A stretch of DNA of 64,000 nucleotides from an uncultured Burkholderiales bacterium (GTDB lineage Bacteria > Actinomycetota > Acidimicrobiia > IMCC26256 > JAGPDB01), in contig CAZLQP010000004.1 of assembly GCA_964561855.1 (NCBI GenBank), positions 1,341 to 65,340 on the forward strand, read 5' to 3'. Shown here one piece after another: positions 56,448 through 64,000 of the stretch (the stretch's first letter is position 1; each line of letters opens with the position of its first letter). Position numbers and translations under genes: made by a program. Below the pieces are notes generated by a model that saw only the letters and a list, made by a program, of their open reading frames with translations, was not told where the DNA came from and searched no databases.

Positions 56448-57986
56448 TTAGCTTGCTGAATAATTTGGCGCCTCATGAGTGATGATTACATCGTGAGGAT
56501 GATTTTCTCGCAGCGCTGCAGGAGTGACGCGAACGAATTGTGCACGTAAATTCATTTCTGCAACGTCTCCAGCACCAATATAGCCCATGCCGGATCGAAG
56601 ACCACCCGCTAGTTGGTATAGTACGGTTGAAACATCGCCCTTAAATGGAACCATTCCTTCGACGCCTTCAGGAACAAGCTTGGATTCAAGTTCTTCATCT
56701 GGCGACATATGATCTTGAAAGTATCGGTCACGCGATCCGCGTTTCATTGCACCGAGAGAACCCATCCCGCGGAAAGATTTGTAGAGGTGACCGTCGCGCA
56801 TAATCTGTTCTCCTGGAGATTCTTTGCAGCCAGCAACCATTGTTCCGAGCATTACGGTTGAAGCACCTGCTGCTAAAGCTTTTACGGCATCTCCACTGTG
56901 ACGGATACCGCCATCGGCAATAATAGGAACTTGAGTTGTTCGCGTAACAGAAAATACATCCATTACTGCAGTGAGTTGAGGGGCGCCTACACCAGCTACA
57001 ACTCTTGTTGTACAAATCGATCCTGGACCAATTCCAACCTTAATAGCATCTACGCCTAAATCAACTAGATCTTTTGCAGCTGATGCAGTTGCAATATTTC
57101 CAACGATGAGTTGGATTTCTGGATGGTCTTTTCGGATACGTGTAGCTGTATCAATTACTCGTGAACTATGTCCATGGGCAGTGTCTACAACAATTGCATC
57201 GACGCCTGCATCGACGAGCGCTTCGACTCTTTCTTCAGTGATGTTGTCAGTACCTACTGCTGCAGCGACTTGTAAATGTCCAGCTTTGTCGGTATTGGCT
57301 AATGGAAATAGTTTTGTTTGGTTAATGTCTCGAAGAGTCATTAATCCACTCAATCGACCTTCAATCAACAGCGGAAGTTTTTCGATCTTGTTTTGCGCCA
57401 TTAATTCGCGTGCAGTTTCAGGATCTATAGGTTCTTCGGCTTTGATTACATTTGCAGTCATCGCAGATTGGACTTCTGAATCATCATCGTTGGTTGCTCG
57501 TATATCTCGAGAAGTTATTATTCCTACGAGCGCGCCATGTTCGTCAATGACGGGTAAGCCGCTAATGTTGTTTTTTCTCATAGTGGTCTTTGCAAAAGAG
57601 ATTGAGTCATCTGCTCTAACGGTTAAAGGATCTCGAATTATTAGTGAAGATGCTCGTTTAACTTTTCGAACTTCATCTGCTTGTTCGTTTGGCGCAAGAC
57701 TTCGATGGATTACACCAATTCCACCTGATTTAGCCATGGCTATTGCCATTTCGCTTTCGGTTACTGTATCCATTGCGGCACTTACGAATGGAATATTTAC
57801 AGAAATCGATTTTGTGAATTTAGATGTTGTTGCAATTGATGCTGGAGCTACGTCGCTAGGTTGAGGTAAAAGTAATACATCATCGAAAGTTAAATATTGA
57901 GGAATTGAAGCGATTGCATCAATAGTAGATTTTGAAAAAACTATTGGATTGGGATTTTCTTCGTTAGTTTCGAAAGGGTGATCCAT
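56448..57986 (-). CDS. guaB: Inosine-5'-monophosphate dehydrogenase
   Basis: TIM barrel with inserted CBS pair. Catalytic loop VGIGPGSICTTR, then ADGGIRHSGD and GSLGAM. Confidence 0.95.
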   Translation of the reverse strand: MDHPFETNEENPNPIVFSKSTIDAIASIPQYLTFDDVLLLPQPSDVAPASIATTSKFTKSISVNIPFVSAAMDTVTESEMAIAMAKSGGIGVIHRSLAPNEQADEVRKVKRASSLIIRDPLTVRADDSISFAKTTMRKNNISGLPVIDEHGALVGIITSRDIRATNDDDSEVQSAMTANVIKAEEPIDPETARELMAQNKIEKLPLLIEGRLSGLMTLRDINQTKLFPLANTDKAGHLQVAAAVGTDNITEERVEALVDAGVDAIVVDTAHGHSSRVIDTATRIRKDHPEIQLIVGNIATASAAKDLVDLGVDAIKVGIGPGSICTTRVVAGVGAPQLTAVMDVFSVTRTTQVPIIADGGIRHSGDAVKALAAGASTVMLGTMVAGCKESPGEQIMRDGHLYKSFRGMGSLGAMKRGSRDRYFQDHMSPDEELESKLVPEGVEGMVPFKGDVSTVLYQLAGGLRSGMGYIGAGDVAEMNLRAQFVRVTPAALRENHPHDVIITHEAPNYSAS

Positions 57987-58025
57987 GTATAAATAATAGT
58001 ACGTTTAAACCCTTTTGTTCCACTG

Positions 58026-58097
58026 CCGGAGGACTGACCCTCCAAAAGGGACGAATCGCATGAACGATTCGTCCCTTTTGGAGGGTCAGTCCTCCGG
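58026..58097. repeat. REPIN, family A (perfect 33-bp stem)
   Basis: CCGGAGGACTGACCCTCCAAAAGGGACGAATCG-CATGAA-CGATTCGTCCCTTTTGGAGGGTCAGTCCTCCGG, located between divergent guaB and argF. Confidence 0.92.
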
Positions 58098-58107
58098 TGA
58101 AATGAGA

Positions 58108-58135
58108 TTGACATTATTTGTTATTGAGATATAAG
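58108..58135 (+). promoter_or_regulatory. Candidate sigma-70-type promoter for argF
   Basis: TTGACA (58108..58113), 16-nt spacer, TATAAG (58130..58135). The GGGGGA Shine-Dalgarno precedes ATG 58161. Confidence 0.4.
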
Positions 58136-58160
58136 GTCTATGGAAATCATTGGGGGAAAC

Positions 58161-59048
58161 ATGGTTAAACATTTGCTAGATATTGACGATTTGTCGATCG
58201 ATGAAGTCAATCAGGTTTTAGATTTTGCATTGAATCCTGACGAGTCTAAGCCATTGAAAGATAAAGGCGTTGCGCTAATTTTTCAAAAGCCATCTTTACG
58301 CACACGCAACTCAATGGAAATGGCAGTGGTCCAATTAGGCGGACATCCCGTCTACATTCAAGATATGGAAGTTGGAATTGATTCACGTGAAAGTATTGAA
58401 GATGTAGTGATGTCTATGGCGCAATATCATGAGATTATTTGTGCGCGAGTTTTTGATCACCTAGTGCTCGAGAGAATGGCAAGCGTTGATGTTGCTCCCA
58501 TCGTTAATTTGCTGTCTGATTCCTCGCATCCGATGCAGGCACTAGCTGATCTATTGACAATGAAACAAGAATTCGGCGACTTGAAAAATAAGCGTGTTGC
58601 ATATATTGGAGATCCAAATAATGTTGCTAGATCACTAGCGATTATCGCAAAAATGTTTGGTATGGAATTTACGATTGCTACGCCAAATGAATATCGTTTT
58701 AGCGAAGATGATTGCAGAGTAATTGATAAATATGGAGGCATCGATTTAACAACTGACGATCCTAAAATCGCCGCGAAAAATGCTGACGTTTTGTACACCG
58801 ATGTTTGGGTGTCAATGGGTGATGAAGAAGAATCAGATATTCGCAAAAGAATGTTCGATGGCTATTGTATCGACTCACAATTGATGTCTGTCGCGAATGA
58901 AAATGCGATCGTGATGCATTGTCTTCCTGCTCATCGAGGACAAGAAATTACTGATGAAGTAATGAGATCAACGCAATCAAGAATTTTTCTTCAAGCACAA
59001 AATCGCATGCACTCGGCCAGAGGCCTCCTCCGCCTTCTGGGGGTCTGA
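58161..59048 (+). CDS. argF: Ornithine carbamoyltransferase
   Basis: KPSLRTRNSME, HPMQALADLLT, DVWVSMG, HCLPAHRGQEI. ATG 58161 is preferred to 58140 given the promoter/SD geometry. The last codons CTG GGG GTC TGA are family B REP sequence. Confidence 0.85.
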   Translation: MVKHLLDIDDLSIDEVNQVLDFALNPDESKPLKDKGVALIFQKPSLRTRNSMEMAVVQLGGHPVYIQDMEVGIDSRESIEDVVMSMAQYHEIICARVFDHLVLERMASVDVAPIVNLLSDSSHPMQALADLLTMKQEFGDLKNKRVAYIGDPNNVARSLAIIAKMFGMEFTIATPNEYRFSEDDCRVIDKYGGIDLTTDDPKIAAKNADVLYTDVWVSMGDEEESDIRKRMFDGYCIDSQLMSVANENAIVMHCLPAHRGQEITDEVMRSTQSRIFLQAQNRMHSARGLLRLLGV

Positions 59049-59099
59049 TCCCCCAAAACAGACAAATCGCATTTGCACCTTTTGGGGAATCAGACCCCC
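59039..59099. repeat. REPIN-like doublet, family B, spanning the stop codons of both convergent genes
   Basis: GGGGGTCTGATCCCCCAAAA-(21 nt)-TTTTGGGGAATCAGACCCCC, with one mismatch between the arms. Confidence 0.88.
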
Positions 59100-59908
59100 A
59101 GATCAAAGGATTGGATTAGGGTGAGGACTTGATCGATCGAATCCGGGTGAGCACAAACTAGCGAGGTGGGGCAGAGCTCGCCTGTGTCGGGGTCGATATC
59201 GAGAGATTCGAATTTGTCGCCATTAGGTTTTCTTATTTCTGCTCCGGCAGCTATTGCACAAGCAGTTCCGGCAGCTATTTCAGCGCCATAATCATTGTGA
59301 ACAATCATTGCTTGGACTCCACCTTTTGCAAAAGAGACCCAGTCCGCAGTTGGCGCCCATGTAGAAAGTACTCGTCCAGTATTTCTTACTAAGTATTCCC
59401 GAAACCTAAGGGCCTCTTCTTGCTCATCATCTTTTAGATAGCCAATCGACATACCAAAAGTGCTTTTGAGTAAATCAACGACAGGGGTAACGGCAGTGTT
59501 TTGTTCTTCACCAACTACACCACAGTGAAAAGTTTTTAACTGGCCTTGTCCGATAACTCCCAAAACAGGTTTGTTATTTTTTGTGAGTGCAATACAACTT
59601 CCATACAGAGGCATTGCATAGGCGAAATTATTTGTTCCATCTAACGGGTCGATATGCCATGCATAATCAGAATTTTGTTGGTAGGTTTCGAGTTCCTCGC
59701 CAAAGATAGTTATATCTGAAAAATTTTCTATCAAAATATCACGAATTATCTTTTCGGCTTCGATGTCGGCATCAGTGGTGACATCGTGGCCTTGTTCGGC
59801 AATGTTTTTTTCTAACAAAGTGCCAAAGCGTGAATCTAGGTATTCAATTGCATGGTCGATAGCTTCACAGGCCACTTTTTTTGCTTGTTCAATGTCGATG
59901 TCAGTCAC
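59090..59908 (-). CDS. Inositol monophosphatase family protein (SuhB/ImpA/HisN-like)
   Basis: EELE..., WHIDPLDGTNNF, and a WAPTADW region, 272 aa. The C-terminal ...DLGV* is encoded by the REP arm. Confidence 0.82.
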   Translation of the reverse strand: MTDIDIEQAKKVACEAIDHAIEYLDSRFGTLLEKNIAEQGHDVTTDADIEAEKIIRDILIENFSDITIFGEELETYQQNSDYAWHIDPLDGTNNFAYAMPLYGSCIALTKNNKPVLGVIGQGQLKTFHCGVVGEEQNTAVTPVVDLLKSTFGMSIGYLKDDEQEEALRFREYLVRNTGRVLSTWAPTADWVSFAKGGVQAMIVHNDYGAEIAAGTACAIAAGAEIRKPNGDKFESLDIDPDTGELCPTSLVCAHPDSIDQVLTLIQSFDLGV

Positions 59909-59926
59909 AGTTGATTATTCTAGAGC

Positions 59927-59963
59927 AAGGGTCCGTCCTTTTCCTTGAAAAGGACGGACCCTT
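59927..59963 (-). terminator. Hairpin terminator after aroA (family D core GGGTCCGTCC)
   Basis: AAGGGTCCGTCCTTTT-CCTTG-AAAAGGACGGACCCTT, immediately 3' of the aroA stop on the minus strand. Confidence 0.7.
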
Positions 59964-59964
59964 T

Positions 59965-61236
59965 TCAATTGAGTTGTTCAATCAGTTCAAAGAAATTCGG
60001 GCAAGTCTTTTTGACACAGTCTGGATTTTGGATTTCGACTTGTCCTGTCGCTAATCCCAAAACTGTAAAGGACATCGCGATTCGGTGATCTTCGAAAGTG
60101 TCAATACTGGCGAACTTCGGAGATCCCGGATGTATTATCAGCCAATCGTTGCCTTCTTCAACTTTGATTCCAAGAGTGCTTAGTCCTTTAACTACAGCAT
60201 CGATGCGATCTGATTCTTTATATCGAGCGTGTCCTACATTATGTATTCGAGTAGGCGTTTTTGCCAGTGGCGCAACGCAAGCTAGTGTCATCATTACATC
60301 GGTGATGTCATTCATATCAACATCAACACCCGTGAATTCTTTTGGTCCGATAAGAGTGACACCATCGTCATCATCAATGATTTGTGCTCCCATCAACTCG
60401 AAAATGTCTAGAAGTCTAATGTCTCCTTGAAGCGAATCCCGACAAATATTGGAAACAGTAATTTTCGATCCTGTAACTAAAGCTGCTGCGAAAAAGTAAC
60501 TTGCTGTCGATGCATCTGCCTCAACGTTATATCCAAGTTCTGGAGCAATATATCTTCCTTGGTTTTCAATTTCGATTTTCTTATAACCTTCACGATTTAT
60601 AGCAGCTCCAAATTCATGCATCATCGAAAGTGTTAAATCTACATATGGTTTTGAAATCAAGTCAGTTACATGAAAAGTGGTCTTTTTACGAGCTAAAGGA
60701 CTTGCCATTAAAAGACCAGAGAGAAACTGGCTAGATATATTTCCTGCAATTTCTAAATCTCCACCTTTTAGTCCGGTTGAACTAATAGTGAAAGGTAAAT
60801 GAGTTGCATCTTTAGGTTCTGTACTTGCGCCTTGGCTTCGAAGAGCAATCAATAGATCTTGCATTGGGCGAGCGCGAAGTTGTTCTGAAGCGTCAAAAGC
60901 GACTTGGGATGAAAGTGTCGCAGCAATTGGTGGAAGAAAGCGAGCAGCAGTTCCAGCATCTTTACAATAGACACTCGAAGAATTCTCGATAGGTAAAGGT
61001 TTTACTATCTTGACGTCGCCATTTTCCCATTCAATAATTGCGCCCATATCATTTAGTGCTTTGACAAAAGCTTCAGTGTCGTCGCTTTTAAGCGGATTGT
61101 TAATGATGCTTGGATCATCGCACATCGCAGCCAAAGCTAAAGCGCGATTTGTAATGCTTTTCGATCCCGGAAGAGCTATGACTTTTTCGAAGCCTGAATT
61201 CTTCTCAATTTTTCTAGATATATTTTCAGGCACCAT
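59965..61236 (-). CDS. aroA: 3-phosphoshikimate 1-carboxyvinyltransferase (EPSP synthase)
   Basis: LPGSKSITNRALALAA, ...DHRIAMSF, 423 aa. Confidence 0.93.
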   Translation of the reverse strand: MVPENISRKIEKNSGFEKVIALPGSKSITNRALALAAMCDDPSIINNPLKSDDTEAFVKALNDMGAIIEWENGDVKIVKPLPIENSSSVYCKDAGTAARFLPPIAATLSSQVAFDASEQLRARPMQDLLIALRSQGASTEPKDATHLPFTISSTGLKGGDLEIAGNISSQFLSGLLMASPLARKKTTFHVTDLISKPYVDLTLSMMHEFGAAINREGYKKIEIENQGRYIAPELGYNVEADASTASYFFAAALVTGSKITVSNICRDSLQGDIRLLDIFELMGAQIIDDDDGVTLIGPKEFTGVDVDMNDITDVMMTLACVAPLAKTPTRIHNVGHARYKESDRIDAVVKGLSTLGIKVEEGNDWLIIHPGSPKFASIDTFEDHRIAMSFTVLGLATGQVEIQNPDCVKKTCPNFFELIEQLN

Positions 61237-61275
61237 TAAATCTTACTATCAACAGCAAAGGTATTATTTCGGAAT

Positions 61276-61626
61276 TTAAATCGACAGTGAAGGTACTCTG
61301 GTCTTGGGTTTCGCAACTTCAGCCCGTGTCAGACCTCTTGAGTGGTCGAATTGATTTCTATATCCAGTAGATGTACCGATTGAGTCAGGAAGACTCATGT
61401 CGATCTCAAACTCCACGCAAGCACCAGTTAATTGAGAAATGATTTTACCGTTATTGCCATCTAAAATTGCTCGGACGTCTTTTGTTGTAACTGGACCTTT
61501 AGGTTTTCGCCCAAGTAGCGCTTGAGCTTCTTTGTTAGTAATGCGGACAGTGTATGAGTCATCAACAACTGCGATTGCTCGGTCTGGAGCCGGAGTATTA
61601 GACTTCTTATTGCTGATAATTATCAT
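61276..61626 (-). CDS. Hypothetical protein
   Basis: 116-aa ORF with no recognisable motif. Coding status is supported only by length and position upstream of aroA. Confidence 0.4.
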   Translation of the reverse strand: MIIISNKKSNTPAPDRAIAVVDDSYTVRITNKEAQALLGRKPKGPVTTKDVRAILDGNNGKIISQLTGACVEFEIDMSLPDSIGTSTGYRNQFDHSRGLTRAEVAKPKTRVPSLSI

Positions 61627-61724
61627 TGGTTCCCCTCAATTGTTAATTATTCAAAAAGAAGGGTATCATGTCAAAATCCCTTTGGCAAAGCATATTCTCT
61701 TAAAAGTCAGGATAAGTTGAAAAA

Positions 61725-62588
61725 ATGGAACAAAATAGTATAAATTCGACACTCCGCCTCGAGTCTCTAATGCAGGCTTTGCCTTATATTAAAGAATTCA
61801 AAGACACAGTAGTTGTTGTGAAATTCGGCGGTAGTCAACTTAGGCTCGGTAAAGAACTCGATTCTTTTGCAGATGACATGGTGTTGCTCAGATCGTTGGG
61901 TATAAATGTTGTTGTGGTGCACGGTGGTGGCCCTCAAGTAGATGAAGTTCTAAAAGTTTATAACAAAGAAGCAGTTTTTAAAGATGGTCTGCGAGTAACT
62001 GATCGAGAGACTCTCGATATTGCGCGAATGGTGTTAGTCGGTAAAGTCGGTAGAGACATTGTTGCTGCTATCAACCGCCACGGTGGTTATGCAGTTGGTG
62101 CCACTGGAGAAGATGGCCGATTAATGATTGCAGAAAAAAGAGATCCAGAACTTGGATATGTTGGAACGGTTGTAGAAGTCCAGGCGGCGATTATCGAGCG
62201 TTTATATCATGAACAATTGATCCCTGTTATTTCAACAATTGGGGTAACAAAAGATGGCGAATCGTTGAATATCAATGCTGATGAAGCTGCATCTGCAATT
62301 GCTATTGGTCTTAACGCAAAGAAATTGATAGTGATGTCGAATGTACCAGGAGTATTAACAGATATTAATGATATGGATTCAGTGATAAGTGAAATGACTG
62401 TTGTTGAAGCGCGAGAGCTGATGAAGAGTGACGAGATATCACACGGTATGATTCCAAAGATAGAGTCATGTGTCCAAGCAGTAGAAAAAGGTGTGGACAA
62501 AGCTCATATTATCGACGGTAGGGTTGAACACTCAATCTTGTTGGAACTATTTACCGAAGATGGTATCGGAACCATGATCACTCATTGA
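61725..62588 (+). CDS. argB: Acetylglutamate kinase
   Basis: VVVKFGGS, VVVHGGGPQ, NINADEAASAIA, and GIGTMI at the C-terminus. Confidence 0.93.
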   Translation: MEQNSINSTLRLESLMQALPYIKEFKDTVVVVKFGGSQLRLGKELDSFADDMVLLRSLGINVVVVHGGGPQVDEVLKVYNKEAVFKDGLRVTDRETLDIARMVLVGKVGRDIVAAINRHGGYAVGATGEDGRLMIAEKRDPELGYVGTVVEVQAAIIERLYHEQLIPVISTIGVTKDGESLNINADEAASAIAIGLNAKKLIVMSNVPGVLTDINDMDSVISEMTVVEARELMKSDEISHGMIPKIESCVQAVEKGVDKAHIIDGRVEHSILLELFTEDGIGTMITH

Positions 62589-63785
62589 TTGGCTATGGAA
62601 GATACTCACTTACTGCAGACATATCCTCAATTTCAGAGGAAGTTTGTAAAAGGACAGGGTGTACACCTTTTCGACGATCAAGGAAATCAATACTTGGATT
62701 TCTTGGCTGGGATAGCAGTGGTGAATCTTGGGCATGCAAATAGAGCCATTGCAGATGCCATAAAAGATCAAGTAGACAAACTTCAACATGTGTCTAACTA
62801 CTTTGAAAACGAATATACCCAACAGGTCTCATCGACTATCGACGAGAAGATAACCCTTAAAAACAAAAGCGAATCTGGAAAAGTATTCTTTTCAAATTCC
62901 GGAGCTGAAGCAAACGAATGCGCAATAAAAGTTGCAAAGAAATTTGGTGATCACAAAAGATTTAAAACGTTAACTGCATTTAACTCTTTTCACGGAAGGA
63001 CAATTGCGACTTTGAGTGCAACCGGACAGCCAGAGAAGCATAAACCTTTTGCGCCATTATTGGATCAGTTCAATTACTTTGAATTTGGAAATGCTGTTTC
63101 GCTGAAAGAAAACTACGACGATGAGTGCGTTGCGGTGATGATCGAAATTGTGCAAGGAGAGGGCGGAGTTAACGTTGCCGAGGACTCTTTCTATTCCGAA
63201 GTGCAGAATTTCTGCGAAGAAAAAGACCTGTTACTAATTGTCGATGAAGTGCAGACGGGAATGTGTAGAACTGGTAGTTGGTTTGCATTTCAACACTTTG
63301 ATTTGAATCCCGATATTGTCACGATGGCTAAAGCCTTAGGAAATGGTTTTCCAGTTGGAGCAACTTGGATTAAGGATGAAGTAGCTCAAGTGATGAATGT
63401 GGGAGATCATGGATCAACCTATGGTGGTCAACCGCTGGCATTGCGAGTAGTCAATGAAGTTTTCACACAATTGGATCAAGGTAATTTTATAGATCATGTA
63501 AAACAAGTCGGAGAAGTTTTCACACAAGGCTTATCGGAAGTTGAGTTTCTCACTAACGTGCGAGGTTTGGGCTTGATGATCGGTGTAGATATCGACAGTG
63601 AAGTTTTAAATATGGACGCTCCCACTTTTGTGTCAAAAGCTTTAGACCAGGGTTTGATTTGTAATGCACTTTCAAAAACTTCGATAAGGTTTGTGCCTCC
63701 TTTGATTGTTTCAGAAGAAGATATATCCAATGCGATTTTGATACTAAGGAAAGTAGGTAATCATGGAAGATTACTATCTAGATAA
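62589..63785 (+). CDS. argD: Acetylornithine aminotransferase (class III PLP aminotransferase)
   Basis: SGAEANE, DEVQTGMCRTG, TMAKALGNGFP (PLP-Lys), STYGGQPLA. The start is TTG 62589 or ATG 62595. Confidence 0.9.
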   Translation: MAMEDTHLLQTYPQFQRKFVKGQGVHLFDDQGNQYLDFLAGIAVVNLGHANRAIADAIKDQVDKLQHVSNYFENEYTQQVSSTIDEKITLKNKSESGKVFFSNSGAEANECAIKVAKKFGDHKRFKTLTAFNSFHGRTIATLSATGQPEKHKPFAPLLDQFNYFEFGNAVSLKENYDDECVAVMIEIVQGEGGVNVAEDSFYSEVQNFCEEKDLLLIVDEVQTGMCRTGSWFAFQHFDLNPDIVTMAKALGNGFPVGATWIKDEVAQVMNVGDHGSTYGGQPLALRVVNEVFTQLDQGNFIDHVKQVGEVFTQGLSEVEFLTNVRGLGLMIGVDIDSEVLNMDAPTFVSKALDQGLICNALSKTSIRFVPPLIVSEEDISNAILILRKVGNHGRLLSR

Positions 63786-64000
63786 GCTCGTTTCTGTTGA
63801 CAGATCTGGTCTTCATGTGGTTGTAAAAACTTTTGATCATTACGCCAAGATGGTTGCTAATGCGATTAGTCAGTCAGAAGACTCAAAGCATTTTTTGACC
63901 GCAATACCTGGAAAGAATACAATTTTATTCATTGCTACAAAAGCAGAAGGGGCAAAAGCTTTAGAGAAGTCTTTGAATTCGCAGTTTCGTGACTATCTGG
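63763..64000 (+). CDS. ArgR C-terminal-domain-like protein lacking the N-terminal DNA-binding domain (partial, runs off window end)
   Basis: My translation is MEDYYLDKLVSVDRSGLHVVVKTFDHYAKMVANAISQSEDSKHFLTAIPGKNTILFIATKAEGAKALEKSL. It aligns to the ArgR C-domain (LLVS.D.SGNL.VL.T.PG.A...A.AID...V.GTIAGDDTILVV). An in-frame TAG at 63754..63756 excludes an upstream extension. It occupies the usual argR position after argD. Confidence 0.5.
   Translation, partial: MEDYYLDKLVSVDRSGLHVVVKTFDHYAKMVANAISQSEDSKHFLTAIPGKNTILFIATKAEGAKALEKSLNSQFRDYL

Noticed and set aside
57106-57864. 252-aa plus-strand ORF inside guaB; also 40154..40609, 43054..43437, 58457..58846, 60098..60430 and similar
   Set aside because: These lie antisense to strongly supported conserved genes (IMPDH, acyl-CoA dehydrogenase, TetR, OTCase, EPSP synthase). 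They have Ser/Ala-rich low-complexity translations typical of shadow ORFs.

Overview
This is an AT-rich chromosomal segment. Its gene content suggests a low-GC, probably streamlined aquatic actinobacterium (inference only, no database search possible). That content includes an Rpf-domain protein, an HU with an AKKA-repeat tail, LPXTG sortase substrates, a long IleRS, and argF/argB/argD.

I support about 60 CDS:
- Housekeeping: ileS, trpS, guaB, aroA, pyrB, argF, argB, argD, hup, ccdA.
- An apparent lysine-to-2-oxoglutarate catabolic cluster: LysDH-like, DUF1338/HglS-like, FAD-linked oxidase and ALDH7-type dehydrogenase.
- A polyamine/guanidino block: PLP decarboxylase, agmatinase-like, potADBC and a PuuD-like amidotransferase.
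- An SbcD/YhaO-like nuclease with a membrane-anchored SMC-like ATPase.
- Three large parallel-beta-helix surface proteins, two of them complete and carrying LPATG sorting signals.
- Two paralogous vWA proteins, plus one initiator tRNA-Met.

The most unusual layer is non-coding. A REP-associated tyrosine transposase (RAYT, 24983..25582) sits between inverted copies of its REP. At least three further families of related palindromic elements (REPIN-like doublets) are scattered through the window.
- Their hairpin loops carry TGA. They supply the stop codon and last residues of six flanking genes, so that convergent neighbours end in identical PED* or LGV* tails.
- One REP arm is embedded in frame inside ileS.

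Other points worth a second look:
- a 61-bp tRNA-fMet 3' duplication bracketing a mini-island
- a 170-bp near-identical tract in otherwise diverged tandem surface-protein paralogs
- an Rpf/beta-propeller fusion behind a GC-rich candidate c-di-AMP riboswitch
- a perfect 30-bp inverted repeat upstream of ileS
- an ArgR C-domain-only ORF

All functional calls rest on motif recognition from the translated ORFs, not on searches.
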